64,000 nt of DNA. It comes from Chiloscyllium plagiosum (taxonomy: Eukaryota). The stretch lies in contig NC_057718.1 of the NCBI RefSeq assembly GCF_004010195.1, positions 51,169,941-51,233,940 of the forward strand, in the 5' to 3' direction. Each line of letters starts with the position of its first letter. Position 1 is the stretch's first letter. The notes under the pieces were generated by a model. It made no database searches. It saw nothing but the letters and a program-made list of their open reading frames with translations, and was not told the DNA's origin. Positions 50,267 through 64,000 of this stretch are shown here, piece after piece. A program made the position numbers and the translations under genes.

Positions 50267-52039
50267 AGTCTTGCTTTAAAGTTTTGGTTAAAGTACGGTA
50301 GGGTGGAGGTGCTAATTTTGATGCATTGGAAATCGTTCCCCAAAGAGCAACCAAAATAATATTGGCTCAGTTACATTTCAGGTTTCTGATATATTTTACA
50401 AAAATCACAACCACAAATGGAAAATCTTTCACGAATGAGAGCGATCAAGCAATGCAATGGAACTTAAACATTGTTTTTCTTTCCACTAAAAAGTAATCTC
50501 AACGTATTTGGGACCGATAGTCTGGTGGCATTCTAGTAAAACAGTTGAAACTTGTTTTATCCCCAAAAATAAGTATCTTAGTGAGAGTGTCCAGTATTTC
50601 ACCTCAGAGTAATCTGATTCAAAATTATTGAAAATGATCACCAAGAATGTTAAGTCTACAAGGCTGAAATAGTAGCTGCAGACTACTGTGCAATCAAAAA
50701 TCCAATCAATGACATTAAAAGTTCATGTTCCTTCCTTTGAGAATGAGAGTTTGAAATATAATACCTACATTGTCCATGCCATAGATTTTGTGTACAGTAG
50801 TCTATGTATTAAAAATTTAAATACTCCTTAATATGAAAAACTTGTATTATGTATCTATTAATACCTGTGTACCAAAAAAAAAAGCACAATTCAAAAACCT
50901 TTTCTCACCAGTGCAGTGGAAACTTACAATCTCAACCTTTAGGCATGGCCCCTTTCATGTGTGGCCTATATTGGGAAATTCAATCCTCAACCAGGGTAAC
51001 AAAGTATGGAGGAAAAGAAAGGGTGTGAGTTTAGGCAAAACTCACTTACATGTGTTAAATTTTCTAATCTTTTGCACTGGTTTATGTTCACAATACTGGC
51101 GTAAATGAGCATAAACATTCCAAACATTGCAGTAGTCTTTCAGTATTTCACCGAAGTGTACTTTGAAATCTAAGTGTTCAATTTAATAGTGGGAGTTTGA
51201 CTGACAACATCTGACTCAGCAACAAAAGCACTGCCAACTGAGACATACTAACACAAGAGGCCTCTTTCTGACCTGAAATTTTCATGAAAAAAAGTTCTGA
51301 AATGTTTTAAGCTGTATCATTTGAACTTTTGAGAAGCTTTCCTCACTTTGCTTTGCTAAACAAATAATAGATTGTTTTAGGTTTAGTCTAAATGTATCAT
51401 GGATCTTTACAGTCTAAGGGGTGGTTGGTCTGAGGAAGCTTCACTCAGCAAACTGATGGGACACCAGAACTCTGCCACATTCCACCAAAACCAAGTTCTT
51501 GGTGGGAGGGGCCAAGCTCACCCACCCAACACTGTCACAAGATGAGATGCAAAGCAATGAATGAATGACCACTAAGGGTTTATTTCCATTTGGGCTGCAA
51601 TTATTTCAGATCCAAGCAGAATGATTAAGACCTAGCCTCAGTTGCTGGTAAATGTGCACAGGCTGGGGATGGAGATCCCTTGATCTACTTTCATCTATGG
51701 ATGACTGAGATTTCAAAGTCTGAACACGGATGAAGGGGATGGCCATTAAGAGCCCTCCCCCTCCTCTTGCTTCCAACCTACATAACATTGCTGTCCCCAG
51801 GATGTCACCCTTCCCTAATGGTACACATCTGTTTCAGGGTTGTTTTAATATCATGGGACTCCTAGTGATGTCAACCTTCATCTCCTCCCTAGCCATGCTG
51901 AAAGCTAGAGCTACCAGCTGGCCTCTAAAGGGCATCAAGGATCAAAACTGGAGTCAATGGGATTTAGCCAGAGAATGCCTCAATGGCTGGAGTCAAGCCT
52001 AGCAGATGAAAAACGGTTATCGTTTTTGGAAATTGACTA

Positions 52040-52775
52040 ACTCAGCTCCAGGGCATCCTTGCAGGAGTTCCTCACATTAGTGGCCTGGCCCATCTATCTT
52101 CAGCTGTTTCATCAATTACCTTCCCTCCATCAGAAGTGGGACGTGTCTATTGTGCAATCATCAATGCTCAGCACCATTCATGACTCATCAGACACTGAAG
52201 TAATCTGTATCCATATGTGGGAAGAATGAGCAACATTCAAGTTTGGACTGAGAAGTGGCAAGTAACATTTACCCCCATTCATGACAAAGACAATCTCCAA
52301 TAAGATCAAAATAAAAAATCTCTGCTTGACATACAATGACACTACCAACATTGAATAGCCCATCACCAACATTTTGAGGGTTGCATTAACCAGAAACAGA
52401 ATCAGAGCAGCCATATAAATACCAGGGCTACAAGAGAAAGTCAAAGGTTAAGAATCCTGGGACAAGTAACTCACCTCCTGTCTTCTCAAAGCCTATCAAC
52501 CATCTACAAGGACAGCAGATCCATGGGAACACCACTACTTGCAAGTTCTACTTCAAGCCACATACCATTCTGATCTTGAATTACTTCTCCATTTCTTCAC
52601 TGTTTCCCTGGATCAAAATCCTTAACTCCTCCCTTTTAACAACATTGCAGATGTACCTACAATACATGGACTGCAACGGTTCAAACAGGCAACTCACCAC
52701 CACCTTCTCAAGGCCAGTTAAGAATAAGCAATGAATGCTGACCTAGCTAGTGATACCCACCTCCACAAATTAATT
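52040..52775 (+). mobile_element. Old L2-type LINE 3' end
   Basis: GCAGGAGTTCCTCAC..ATCTTCAGCTGTTTCATCAAT RT remnant and CACCACCTTCTCAAGG..AATGCTG tail. Confidence 0.7.
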
Positions 52776-53334
52776 CAAACAGAATAACTGCATTGGTCAG
52801 CTCCCGAATCTGTCGTAATAAGCTCCTGGACTTCAGGAAGTTCTTTGGAACAAACTTGTCTGCTACCTTTTCCTTAAGGCATTTATTCAGTGAAGAAACT
52901 CAGTAGAAATGGCTGGAAACAATTTCTAAAATAAAACATTAAATGAATATAATTTAAATCTACTTCAAGCTACTTAGTTATTCTGAGTCCGAGATACTGC
53001 AAATGGAGCTGAATATAATTCTCTAGATTTTTAAAAATTGATTGCTACAAGTAACCTGTTGGCTTTGATTAATTAAAAGTTAAACAATTATCTTTTACTT
53101 TTAGAACACTGTATTTCATTTTAATAATTATCTCCATCTCAAACTTGCTGTACTGCAATTCATAATTGATACATACCTCTTCTTCCTGCCAAAGTAATGC
53201 TGTTACTGAAACTTTGCTTGGAAACAAAGTTGTGCTAATTTTTAAATTGCAGTACATCTATAAATGAATGACATTTTCTTTGATTAGCTAAATAAATAAC
53301 ATTCTTTAAAATAATTTATCACACTGACTGCAAG

Positions 53335-53990
53335 AAGACCATATAACATAGGCTGAATAACTTACTTCAGTTCCTATCAATTCTGCCCTGCTATTCAATG
53401 AAATCATGGTTTATATGACAACGCACAATTCCAATTTCATGCTTTTTTCCCCATAATTCCTTACTGATTAGAATCTGTCTAACTCAGTCTTAAATTTACT
53501 TAATGACCAAGCCTCTAAAGCCCTCTGCAGTAAAGAATTCCACACATTCACTATCCTCAGAGAAGAAATTCCACATCATCATCCTTCAAACTCTGATGAA
53601 GAGTCATCCTGATTCCAAACGGTAGCTTGCTCTCTCTCTACGGATGCTGCCAGATTCGCTGTGGTTTATAGCATTTTTTGTTTTCAGGACAGATTGTGCA
53701 GTAATTTGCTCCTCCTCATATTCTCATAAACGAGTGACTCCTTATTCTAACATTATTACCATTGTAGACTCTCCCTCAAGGGAAAAGTAAACCTTTCACC
53801 ATCTACTGTGTCAAGTACCCTAATAAACTGATATGTTTCAATAAGGTTGCCTCTCATTCTTTGAAATGAGGACACACTGAACCTATTCAACCTCTTCTCA
53901 TAAGACAGTCCCTCCGTTCCCAGGATCAGCCCAGTGAACCTTGTCTGGACTGCCAATTCTCTCATAATAGTGCTCCTTGTTTAAAAATGG
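53335..53990 (-). mobile_element. CR1/L2 3' fragment containing a solo HHR insertion
   Basis: ORF VQTRFTGLI..GLSYEKRLNR..RMRGNLIETY. Confidence 0.75.
53583..53710 (+). mobile_element. Solo HHR/pseudo-LTR unit of the same subfamily as the 50.1-kb palindrome
   Basis: CTCTGATGAAGAGTCATCCTGATTCCAAACGGTAGCTTGC matches the palindrome arms. Confidence 0.75.
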
Positions 53991-55532
53991 ATTGAAGACA
54001 AGAGAGGCAGGGAAGCTTTCCCCTGGCTTTCTGTCATTCTCCTGGAGGTGATGTTGGAAATGGTCAGGGCAAGAAGAAAGTGCTACTTCCAATGGATGGC
54101 AAGCAGAGGTCAGACTTTTAAACCAAATAGGTGTAGCTAGAGATTGCTGAGCTGGAGAGAGCAGGAGTGCAGCTGGATTCAGGCTGCTACATATTAATGT
54201 CTAAATGAGGGAAACAAAGGTGAGTGACATCCTGCTTTCCATTCGAATTCCCTCACTGACTTCACCAGCATTCTCCCACACAGTAGCTCCACTTATTCCT
54301 CTCTTGCTAAGTACCTCCTCAGATGCCCATGTCAATGGTCAACAACCAGATTCACCCTCAATTCACAACGTCGTGGAGTTGTTATGGCACTGAAGAAGGC
54401 CATTTGGCCTATCAAGTCCATGCTAGCTCTCAACATAGTAATCTTCACCCTGCTTTATTTTTAGGCCTTGCACATTTATTTGCCTCAAGAGCTCATCTAG
54501 TTTCCTTCTGAAATAAATGAACACCTCCACTTTCATCACGGTTCATAGGCAGCAGGTTGAATGTCATTATGACTTGTTGCATAGAAATGTTTGTCCTCAC
54601 ACCCAACTGCATCTGTGCATTAAATTGGTGTCCCCGATCCTTATACAAACAGGTAATGGAAACAATTGTTTCTGTCCACCCACCTAAACCCACTGTTATC
54701 TTAGGTAAATTTATCAAATCTCTAATCTTCTTTGCAACAAAGAGAACAACCTCAGGTTCTCTGATCTTACTTTGTACTTACATTTCATAATTCCTCAAAT
54801 CATGCTCCTCTTTTTCCTCTGAAAAACCAGATCTTGGAGGATACTGCAGTTGTGATTGTCAGGTTGTGAGACAGACATAACAAAGGAACAGCAGTTGGCC
54901 ATGTCAGCCCCTGGATGGAATCTGGGTGGAATCAGAATTAACCTGGGAATATTACACCTAAAATGTCAGCAACACTATGAAAGTTGTAATACAGACCTTG
55001 GGTAATTAACTTGTCTAGTTATCCACTTCCTATTCCACATAAGTGCTGGAAAGGCAGTGGTTTCAGAAAGTTAGAGGCAGGCTGTTCGGCCTCCTGTCCT
55101 GACACATGAAATGTTCGAGCTGACACCCTCTGGGTTCTGAAGCCCAAAGTGCCCCCAGACAAGGCTTCATCCTGCAAGGGTAGACTTGGTTATTGCAACA
55201 TGAGGCAGCATAATAGCAGTGTCTGGAAGTCGGAGAGACAAAGAAATAAAAAGTGGCAGCGTCTTGAGAAGAATCCCCACTTCCATGTGCCCTTTCACCA
55301 TTTTCATTCACTTGCTTGCTTGCCAAGAGCTGGAGTGACTGGGTGCATATCATTGAGGCACTGAACGCAAGATGGGTGGGGTGGCACAGGATATTCTAAC
55401 ACCTGCAAGTCCCCCTCCAAGCTACTTAACATCCTGACTTAGAAATATATTGCCATTCCTTCACTAGTGCTGGGTCAAAATCTTGGAATTCCCTCCCAAC
55501 TGACACCGTAAGTCTACCTATGGCACATAGAC

Positions 55533-56270
55533 TCAAAGAGTCAGAGAGATGGACAACACAGAAACAGACCCTTCGGTCCTTTGCCAACTCGCCCATGCTG
55601 ACCAGAAATCCCAACCTAATCTAGTTCCATTTGCGAACATTTGGTCCATATCACTCTAAACCCTTCCTATTCATATACTCATCTAGATACCTTTGAAATG
55701 TTGTAATTGTACCAGCCTCCATCACACACCACCCTCTGCATGAAAAAAGATGCCCCCTAAGTCCCTTTTAAATTTTTCCCTCTCACTCTAAACCTATGCC
55801 CTCTACTTCTGGACTCCCCCCACCCAGAGACAAGACCTTGTATATTTATCCTATCCATGCCTCTCAAGATTTTATAAACCTTCAAAGGGTCAACCTTCAG
55901 CCTCTGACACCCTTTCAGGTTTCACAACATCCTTGTGACAGCAGTGAGACCAGAATTGCACTCAATATTCCAAAAGTAGTCGAACCAATGTCCTGCATGG
56001 ACTCAAAATGACCTCCCAACTCCGATACGCAAAGCTCTGACCAATAAAAGAAAGTATACCAAATGCCTTCTTTACAATCCGATCCACCTGCGACTCAACT
56101 TTCAAGGAACAATGAACCTGCACTCCAAGGTCTCTTTTTTTCAGCAACACTCCTCAGAAATTTACCATTAACTGTATAAGTCCAGCTCTGCTTTACCTTT
56201 CCAAAATTCTCACATTTCTTTAAATCAAACTCCATCTATTACTCCTCAGCCCATTGGCCCGTCTGATCAA
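55533..56270 (-). mobile_element. CR1 3' fragment inserted into an L2/DeuSINE-type remnant (about 55410-55532, 56271-56375)
   Basis: RDLGVQVHCSLKVESQVDRIVKKAFGILSFIGQS; the host repeat resumes after 56270. Confidence 0.85.
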
Positions 56271-59200
56271 CATGATCTGCAGTAGTTCAAGGCAGAAACT
56301 CACTCGAAACCTTCTCAAGGTTGGGCAATAAATGCTGGCCAGTCAGCATCATTCACATCCCCTCAGTGAATAATAAAGAAAACTCAGACATTTTACTGAT
56401 TTCCTCCCCCAAGGAAGGAATGGTAACTGCATGAAGAATCAGACATGGTAGACCATCGAGAAGATACTGACAATAGTCAATGACCTGCACATTCAGTCCA
56501 CCACTCTGCAAAAGGTGGAAAAAGCTTCAATCTTGTGTTCAATATTTAGATGGCAATGGCCATCATGAATACCAAGATACCCCAGCAGTGGCAAGAACTA
56601 ACTATGTCAAAAAGGAGAACAGGCTAGAAATGGATGAGAGGTGTACCACTAGGGCCTGATAGATATTTAATGAGGCAATGGTGCAAGAAAACTCACTGGG
56701 CCTTGCAAAGCTAAGCCCTCCATGAAACTCAATGCAAATGACAATTTGCTAAAACATAGTAAGATTTAGTCCTTATTTTTAAACATTTTTGTTCTTCTGT
56801 CATCTACTTATTTGCATCCCAAATCCAAATGGGCAACAGTCTTCAGGTGATCGGCATGGCCAGGTTGAAAGATAATGAAATATTATAATCACATTTGTTT
56901 AATTTTTGACTGAGGGATTGATTTGTGTTGGACTGGGGAGAGGATGGTTACACTGTCAATATAGCCTCACTCATTCAGATAAGCTGAATGTGTCTGCATG
57001 AAGCTGTCATAAGCTCGATTAGAAGCCAAGGAATTGACTGGAAGCACTCTGGCAACATTTTTGTATCAACTGTCTGGCTCCTCCTCCTCATATTCCTTCA
57101 ACTCCATGGAGGATGCTGAGTGGTCTGCATCTTCCTCCTCCTACCACTCCTTTCCTTTCTGATGTTATGCCAGGCAAAGCAGAAAACTATTAGGCTGAAG
57201 ACCTTTCATTTTGTACACTGAAGTAGACATATGGAGGCACCTGAATCACAAGTTCAAGAAACCAATGCTTTGCTTAGCACTCACTCTTGTGGCTCATGTT
57301 GTACCTTTCTTCTGTAACAGTGAGTATGACCGAACGCAGGATTCCTTAGCCAGGTTCTAAGGTTGCCCTCATTTCTGAATAGTTACCATCTCGATGTGAG
57401 GAAATGTAAAAACCTGTGGGAGATTTGAGTGTTACGCAATGAAGGAATTGTGGTTGTCTCCATCAGCTGTTTTGCTCAGATACACATGATGTCTTAATGT
57501 TGGTCACAAACAAGTTGAAGATCAAGAGAGTGGAAAACCACTGAAACAGGCCAACTGCATATGAATCGCTCCCCAACCAGCCCTCCCACCAAGATTAGGC
57601 AGGCAAAACTCTGCCCATTGCATTTGATATTTTGAACATTTCAAGTATTTTGATGAGAGTAAATTTAAAGCTGTTCCATTTTTCTTGCTGGCACATATAT
57701 AACTTCTGATATTCAGTGAGGCAGAGCTGAAATACTCCAGTGTGGGATAGTCAAACTACTCTCAACTAATCATTATTGTGGGCAGGTACTAATAAGTGTG
57801 AATTGAGCACAGTCATGTTGGCAAGAACATCCATCATGTGTGAATTCATACATTTCTGTAGTGCTGCTCAAAGTGGGAAAAAAAAGCTAATGCTATTAAA
57901 ATCTTAATTGGATTTCTCCATTATACAGAACAAATCATTGCAAACTACTTTTGTGTATAAGACATATTGGCAATAGAGAATGATTAAGAGAATTATTCTT
58001 GTGTCTTCTTTAAATGTATGAAAATTCACTTGTGCAACTTTTCCTTTGGTTGAGCTATTATAAAGCAATATAAATGCATTTAAATCCTTTTAATGGAAAC
58101 GCATTACATCAAGCACCCTTTTCACATCTTTGCAGTATGCTACATTAAAATTCTCTTCCCTTTTTGAAATTATACAATGTTTAGTTTCACTGATATATGA
58201 TGATATCTTCAAAGCGTTAAGGGCAGACATCAGCATTAGAAATGCAAAAGCATATGGTCAATGAGCCTGCTCAGATATTAAAATGATCACAGCTGATCTT
58301 CAGATTCAATTCCACGTTCCTGACCACTCTCCATGCTCATTGAAAAATAGAAACAGTGTCGGATTCAGACTTCTTATTTCATATTCTGCAGTGTTGCATA
58401 CCTGCTATAAACTGGTTAAGAATAGGATAATACCTAATAAAGTTGAGTACTACCTGGCTACTCTGGGTCTCCGCTGATTTCTCATAGAGCATCTCTTCTT
58501 AAAAATTATCAATAATAGGGAGAAGGTACCCTCATGGAGCTTTGTTAAGCCTGCCCTGCTCTTCAAAGCCAATTGATAGGGAATCTGACGAAATCAGCAT
58601 GTCGGTCAGTTCAAGAAAATATACAGTTCACTGGATTGAGGTTTTGACCTGGAAAATCATGGAAGTGAAAGTGACTCTTGTCACTTGACTCTTGAGAAAG
58701 TGACCTGATTAATGTGTTTTCTGAGGTAGGAAGGAATTACCTATGCAAACGGACTACAGCAATGCAAGGCAGCAGCAAGTCAACTTGGGCAATAAATGCT
58801 GATTCAGCCAGAGATGCCCATATCTCATGAATGAATAATACTAAAATCCCCCCTAGCTGTTAGTCCACTGTGCCAGCAATTTCCATGGAGAAAATTGGTT
58901 TTTGAAGTGTGAAATATACTTTTCTGTGATTAGATAATGTCAAATCCTTAAGGAAAGCTTCATCTTCAGATGTAAATGCAACTGTCATGCTTATGGGCAG
59001 AAACAATGAACTGATTTTTGACAATAATTTACCTGTTTTCATATCATTTTTTTTTTCAAAATATTTCTTAACTTGCTAATATTTATTTTTGTACTAAGCC
59101 TAGTTATCCCTCTTTAAAATTACTTCTACCTCAACAGTTTACCTATGCAAAATTACACATTGTTTTTAAAATTTACATATTTATTTATAGATAGAATCCT

Positions 59201-59999
59201 TTCTCACAATTACATATCTTTGCATATTTGACTAATACAATCAATATGCCCACTGTACAATTATGGATAAGAAAGTGATTGAGTGACCATCATAATGGGA
59301 GAATGTGAAAGGGAAGGGGAAGGGACGGAAGGTCAGGAACAAAGCTGAGGCAGGACTAACGACCAAACTGTAGCACGATTGGTAGGAAGGTATTTTGTGT
59401 GAAATGAGAATGGGAATAGAGGAGTGGGTTCTGTAAATTATACAGGCAAACTTGAGGGATGGTAATTTAAAATGGGATGGTGAAGCACAGCGGACAGTTG
59501 ATAAGAGAAAGGGAAGACGTGGGCCATTAGGATCCTGTATTAAGTTTGAATGGATCTAATTTGGTTGCTTAGTTGCGCCTCATTAGCATTAGAGTACAAT
59601 TTTATTCCTATACACACATGATGATGGAGATTTGTTGATATGGTTACTCACACCATCGTGTGGGGTTTCTTTATTAGGAAGCATTATAAAAGTAAAGGCT
59701 TTCAGTTAAAAAAATACTTAAATTTTCTTCCCTGAAATTAAACACTTCAGAAGCATCGAGCAGCTGTAACACCCTCATATGCTGAGTAGTAAATACATAA
59801 TTTTTTCAATCAATCAATGTTTTCCGGCTGTTCAAATTCACTATAGTCATTATTTAAGCCATCCCCTGCAATCCCACAAAATATTTCAATTATTCAATTC
59901 TCCTGCCCAAAAAAAATTTGTCATTGGTAACTCACAGAGACTTTGACTGAGGAAATATAAAGAAAGAACTGAGAAGGAAACATGAACGTTTCTATTCAT

Positions 60000-61600
60000 A
60001 GAATTGTTACACTCCGGAATGTAGCCATTTATTCCACTGTGTCTGTATTAGATCTCCAAATGAGATCTCAATGAGTGCAATTCTTCTGCCTTCACCCCAT
60101 AATCTCCACATTCTTATTTTGCAAAAAACAACTTTACCTTCAGTACTTTATAAAATACCTTCTGGACATCCAAATATAATGCATCTGTTGATTCCCATTT
60201 ATCTATTCTGTGAGTTCTAATAAATGTATCAGGTATGATTCTCCCTTTATGGAGTTACGCTGTTTCTGCTTGATTACTGTAAATGCTTTGACATCACAGC
60301 CTTTATAACAGGCTCTAACATTTTATCAATGACAGATGTCAAGATAACTGGCCTGTAATCAATTGGAAGTTTGAAAACCCTCTGGGACTTTTCCAGAATT
60401 GAAGGGCTCTTGTAAGACTACTACCAGTCTGTTCATTATCTTTTCAGCTATTGCCCTCAATATCCTGGATGCAACATATAATATCTGGGATACTTAACAG
60501 TTTTCAGGACTCTTAGTTTCCCTAATACATTTTCTCTTGTGATAGTTATTATATTTATTTCCTTTCTCTTTTTTGACATTTGATTAGTCAGTATTTTGTG
60601 GAATGTTCATGTCCTCTACTATGAAGACTGATGCAAAGCATTTATTCAACTCCTCCCCCATTTCCTGATTCCCTGTTATGGTTTCCCTGGCCTCATTCTC
60701 TAACTTTAACCTCTCTCCTCAATTTTTATTTAAATTTTCATATACTGTCAATTCTGATGGCACTTCCTACATACTCTCAAAGTTTATAATCTCCTGCTTT
60801 ATCATGATTTTGGTCACCTTTTGTTGTTTTTTAAATACTTTTCCAATTCTCTGGCTTACCGCTAATCTTTGCATTATTCAATGTGTTTATCTTTCAATTT
60901 GATACTATCCTAACTTTCTTGGTTGACTATGGAGCATTTATATCCTCCTAGAATCTTTCCTCACTGGAATATATCTTTGTTCTAAGTCATGAACTATTTT
61001 CTTGAATCCTTAACATTGTTCATCAACAATCTTTTCCACTGAACTCCTTCCCCAGTCCACTCCAATTCAACCATGCACTTCTACATTTGTAATTACAATT
61101 ATTTGAGGTTAGCACAGTGGTTTCTGACTCACGTTTCTCACTCTCACACTGAATGTTAAATTCTACCATTTTATGGTCACTATTTCCCAGGATGTCTTCA
61201 CTCTGCATTTATCAAAATTGCCTCATTACCAGATCCAAAATAATCTGATCTTTGGTTAGATCCACAGTGTATTGTTCAAGGAAACTATTGCAAATACTCA
61301 ATGAATTCTGCCAGCTTGATTTTCTCAATCTGCATGATTAATGTTCTGTCTTTTTTGATATACTTTCAATTATTCCACATGTTATTCTCTGTCAACTGTT
61401 TAATTAATATTAGGGGGCTTTTGACTAATGACACCAGTGTCTTCCACCCCTGATATTTCTTGCTTATGTACAGGTAGTTTAAATCTAAGATCATTTCTTG
61501 TTATCACACTTATTCCATCTCGCAGTAACAAATGTACCCCACCGCCCTTTCCTTCCTTATTCAATAAAGTTTACTTCCAAGCTTTGATTTCTTTGTTATC
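60000..61600 (-). mobile_element. Highly decayed CR1/L2 ORF2 fragments
   Basis: DILGNSDHKMVEFNI endonuclease motif in ORF 61023-61208; NYRPV-like TTACAGGCCAGTTATCTTGACATCTG near 60335-60358. Confidence 0.7.
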
Positions 61601-62236
61601 ATGTATCTGCAATAGCTATGAGGTTTGATTCTGAACTCTTGCATGAGTCACGTATAAACATTCAAAAGATGACCCTGAATATCTTTCATTCCTAAGATCA
61701 GAACTGAAGTTTTTTTTTAATTTCTGTAGCTTCTATTCTAGCAGAAGTTAGTTAATCTAACCATGCATTGAATGAAAAACAGCTGCTGAAAAATATGTAA
61801 TTAGAGCAAAATCAAACTTTAAATCAACACAAGGGATTGCATAATCCTATCCTGACATGGAGCCAAATCACATCATACTGGAGTTAAAAATGGGGGGTGT
61901 GGGAATGATTATGGAATTAGCCCTCTCAATCCCATAACTAGCACAGGACAAAATGTTGGGTTACAGGCTCCAATGCAACTGTTCTGTGTTTACTGCCTCC
62001 ACTACTTGCTTCATACAAATTTTAGTAATTGGGTTGGGTTTGAAAGGTGATATATTTCTTAGCAGCTCAAAGGCATCATGAACCTGTGGAAGCCATGACT
62101 TGGATCCATGTAAAAATCTAAATTCACAAGTTGCTGATTTCAAAAGTCACAGTGAAGTACTATATCATGATGCATACATGTTTTGATATACTTATGGATG
62201 GTAGAACTTTGGTTTGAAAAGATTAATTACCATTAC

Positions 62237-62358
62237 CTTGAACAACTTCGTGAAAATGGAAAAGTCTTTAGATGTATTAGTGCACTTATTCCACTGGATA
62301 AAACTCTAGTCTGGATTGCACAATGGTGACATTCAGGTTTCATTGCATGAAATATTTC
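62237..62358 (-). CDS. Candidate exon EIFHAMKPECHHCAIQTRVLSSGISALIHLKTFPFSRSCS
   Basis: Acceptor tttcaaag, donor AAG|gtaatg, open frame. Joins in phase to an acceptor at 62118 (RFLHGSKSWLPQ.., ORF 61961-62143). Confidence 0.22.
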
Positions 62359-63416
62359 CTTTGAAATTCAATTCACTCATCTGCTTCATGTTTTCAATTT
62401 TTTAATAGATTTCTCAACCTCTGACTTGCCTTCAAAGCATTAATGTATTCAGTTCTAGAGGTTTCAATGTCACAATTCAATTAAATCTCTTTACAAATGC
62501 TTTCCCAGTTTTTAAATCCACATGTGGATCCGACTCATCAAGACTTGTTGTCACAGCTTAGCTACTTTGACAGATGTATGAACTTTTAAAAGATAATGTA
62601 TTTAAATGTATTTTAAGTACTGTTTGTACATTTTATTAAATTTATTAATTTCTCAGAAACACCATATTGCTTTATAGGGTTCAAGGGTTCAAGCGTTCAG
62701 ATTAGATTGGATGAGTTGGCTGGAGGACAGGGGAAGTATAGTGATAACGATAGTAGTAGGGATAGGGTGTGAGGAACTTGGGTGAATGATGAGAGGTTGA
62801 AGATTGATGGTTAGGGGTGGAGCAGATTATGCACATGTACAAAACTGGACCAACATGTCAGAAAACTGAGGCAGGCCTTTTAAACAAGTAACTTGCATCT
62901 CAGACCTGCTTTAAGAAGTCTAACTCTACTCCACCCTCAACTCCTTACAATGAAATATTGTGGATGGGAACTTGCATTCAGAAGACAGGGTTGAAAGGAT
63001 AGGAAATCCCTTGACTCCCATTGCCATCTCCAAGATGAAAATCTAACCCCAGGTCTGCTAAATGGCATTCAAAGTTTTTACCAGTGGTGCAGAAAGTTAG
63101 AAGGCTGGAATGACATGACAAATGTCAACATATCAATTATAGTCTTTTATTTTGACACGGTTGAGCAAGCCTGTGGATGAGCAAAGTTTTGTTAGAGCAT
63201 AAAGGTTAGCAGAGCCAGAACATAAATCCATGCTGCCTTGTTAATGCATTTTTCATTAGACACCAAACTCAGTGTTACCTGCAGTGAACAAGCAAGATTA
63301 AAACATTTTTTTTAAAGTAATGGATCTTTTCTGCTCCACTAAAACTAACTCTTTACACCATCACTACATATTTTGTAGTGAAAAACAAACAGGAGCATTA
63401 CCTTTGTTGTAGTGAT

Positions 63417-63642
63417 TGTAACAAGGTCATCCAACTAGACATCAAAGAATACGAGTTCCCTGATTGAGGCTGTCAATCTGGGCCAACCAGGGAGCCTCGG
63501 CTGACAGATAAGAAGAGGAGTGTCAGCGATACTGGCACACTGAGAACTGGCTCTGAATGAGGCAATACAAGAATCAAGGACTGTTCGTGTGTAAATAAAG
63601 GTGTCTTGGTGATGCAATACCGGCCTCTGTGGAGTTAATGCA
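63417..63642 (+). mobile_element. Possible short solo LTR
   Basis: TGTAAC...AATGCA termini, AATAAA at about 63594, higher GC than flanks. No TSD. Confidence 0.4.
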
Positions 63643-64000
63643 GTTGGTCTTTCACAATTTATTGTTTATACTTTAACTACCTTCAACCAAATGATGACAT
63701 AAAATGTCTTCTAAGAATAAATGAAGGAAAATGTCAATTAAGTTAAATAACTGCAAAATAATTACAATTTAATATTAATGATTAGAATGATTATAGGAGC
63801 AATCTTCCCAGCCTTTTTTTTCCCTCTGCAATCGATGTACTATTATCTCTATTGGTAACCTTACTTCAAGCTGTCATGTAATGAGTTTTATTGTTTATCA
63901 CTGATGCTGAAAATTGATGTACTGTCATGATTTATTACACTTGGCAAAGACTGGTAAACATCAATATTTATTCATTTTATTTTCAATTGAAATAATATAA

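Noticed and set aside
62198..62329. Plus-strand short ORF MVELWFEKINYHYLEQLRENGK..
   Set aside because: Only 43 aa, no splice or homology support, and it overlaps the minus-strand candidate exon.

Overview
A repeat-rich, AT-rich vertebrate intronic or intergenic window, most likely from a shark or other cartilaginous fish. That call rests on five HE1/V-SINE copies, HER1/CR1-type LINEs and SacSINE/DeuSINE-like remnants, all recognised by eye with no database search. Most ORFs in the track are fragments of CR1 LINEs or Penelope-like elements (PLEs). Two PLE types occur: a Poseidon-like GIY-YIG type and a Neptune-like RT + Zn-knuckle + GIY-YIG type. The main signal is about 14-15 minimal type I hammerhead-ribozyme-like (HHR) motifs (CTGANGA - hairpin - GAAA - NTH), five with intact cores. 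They sit in PLE pseudo-LTRs, in 85-140 bp stand-alone insertions with their own target-site duplications (TSDs), and in a palindromic double-hammerhead element at 50.1-50.3 kb. Also present are multi-layer nested insertions, a near-identical 320-bp local duplication, nested Tc1/pogo-type MITEs, solo LTR candidates, and a low-confidence chain of phase-compatible minus-strand exons that I cannot assign to a gene.
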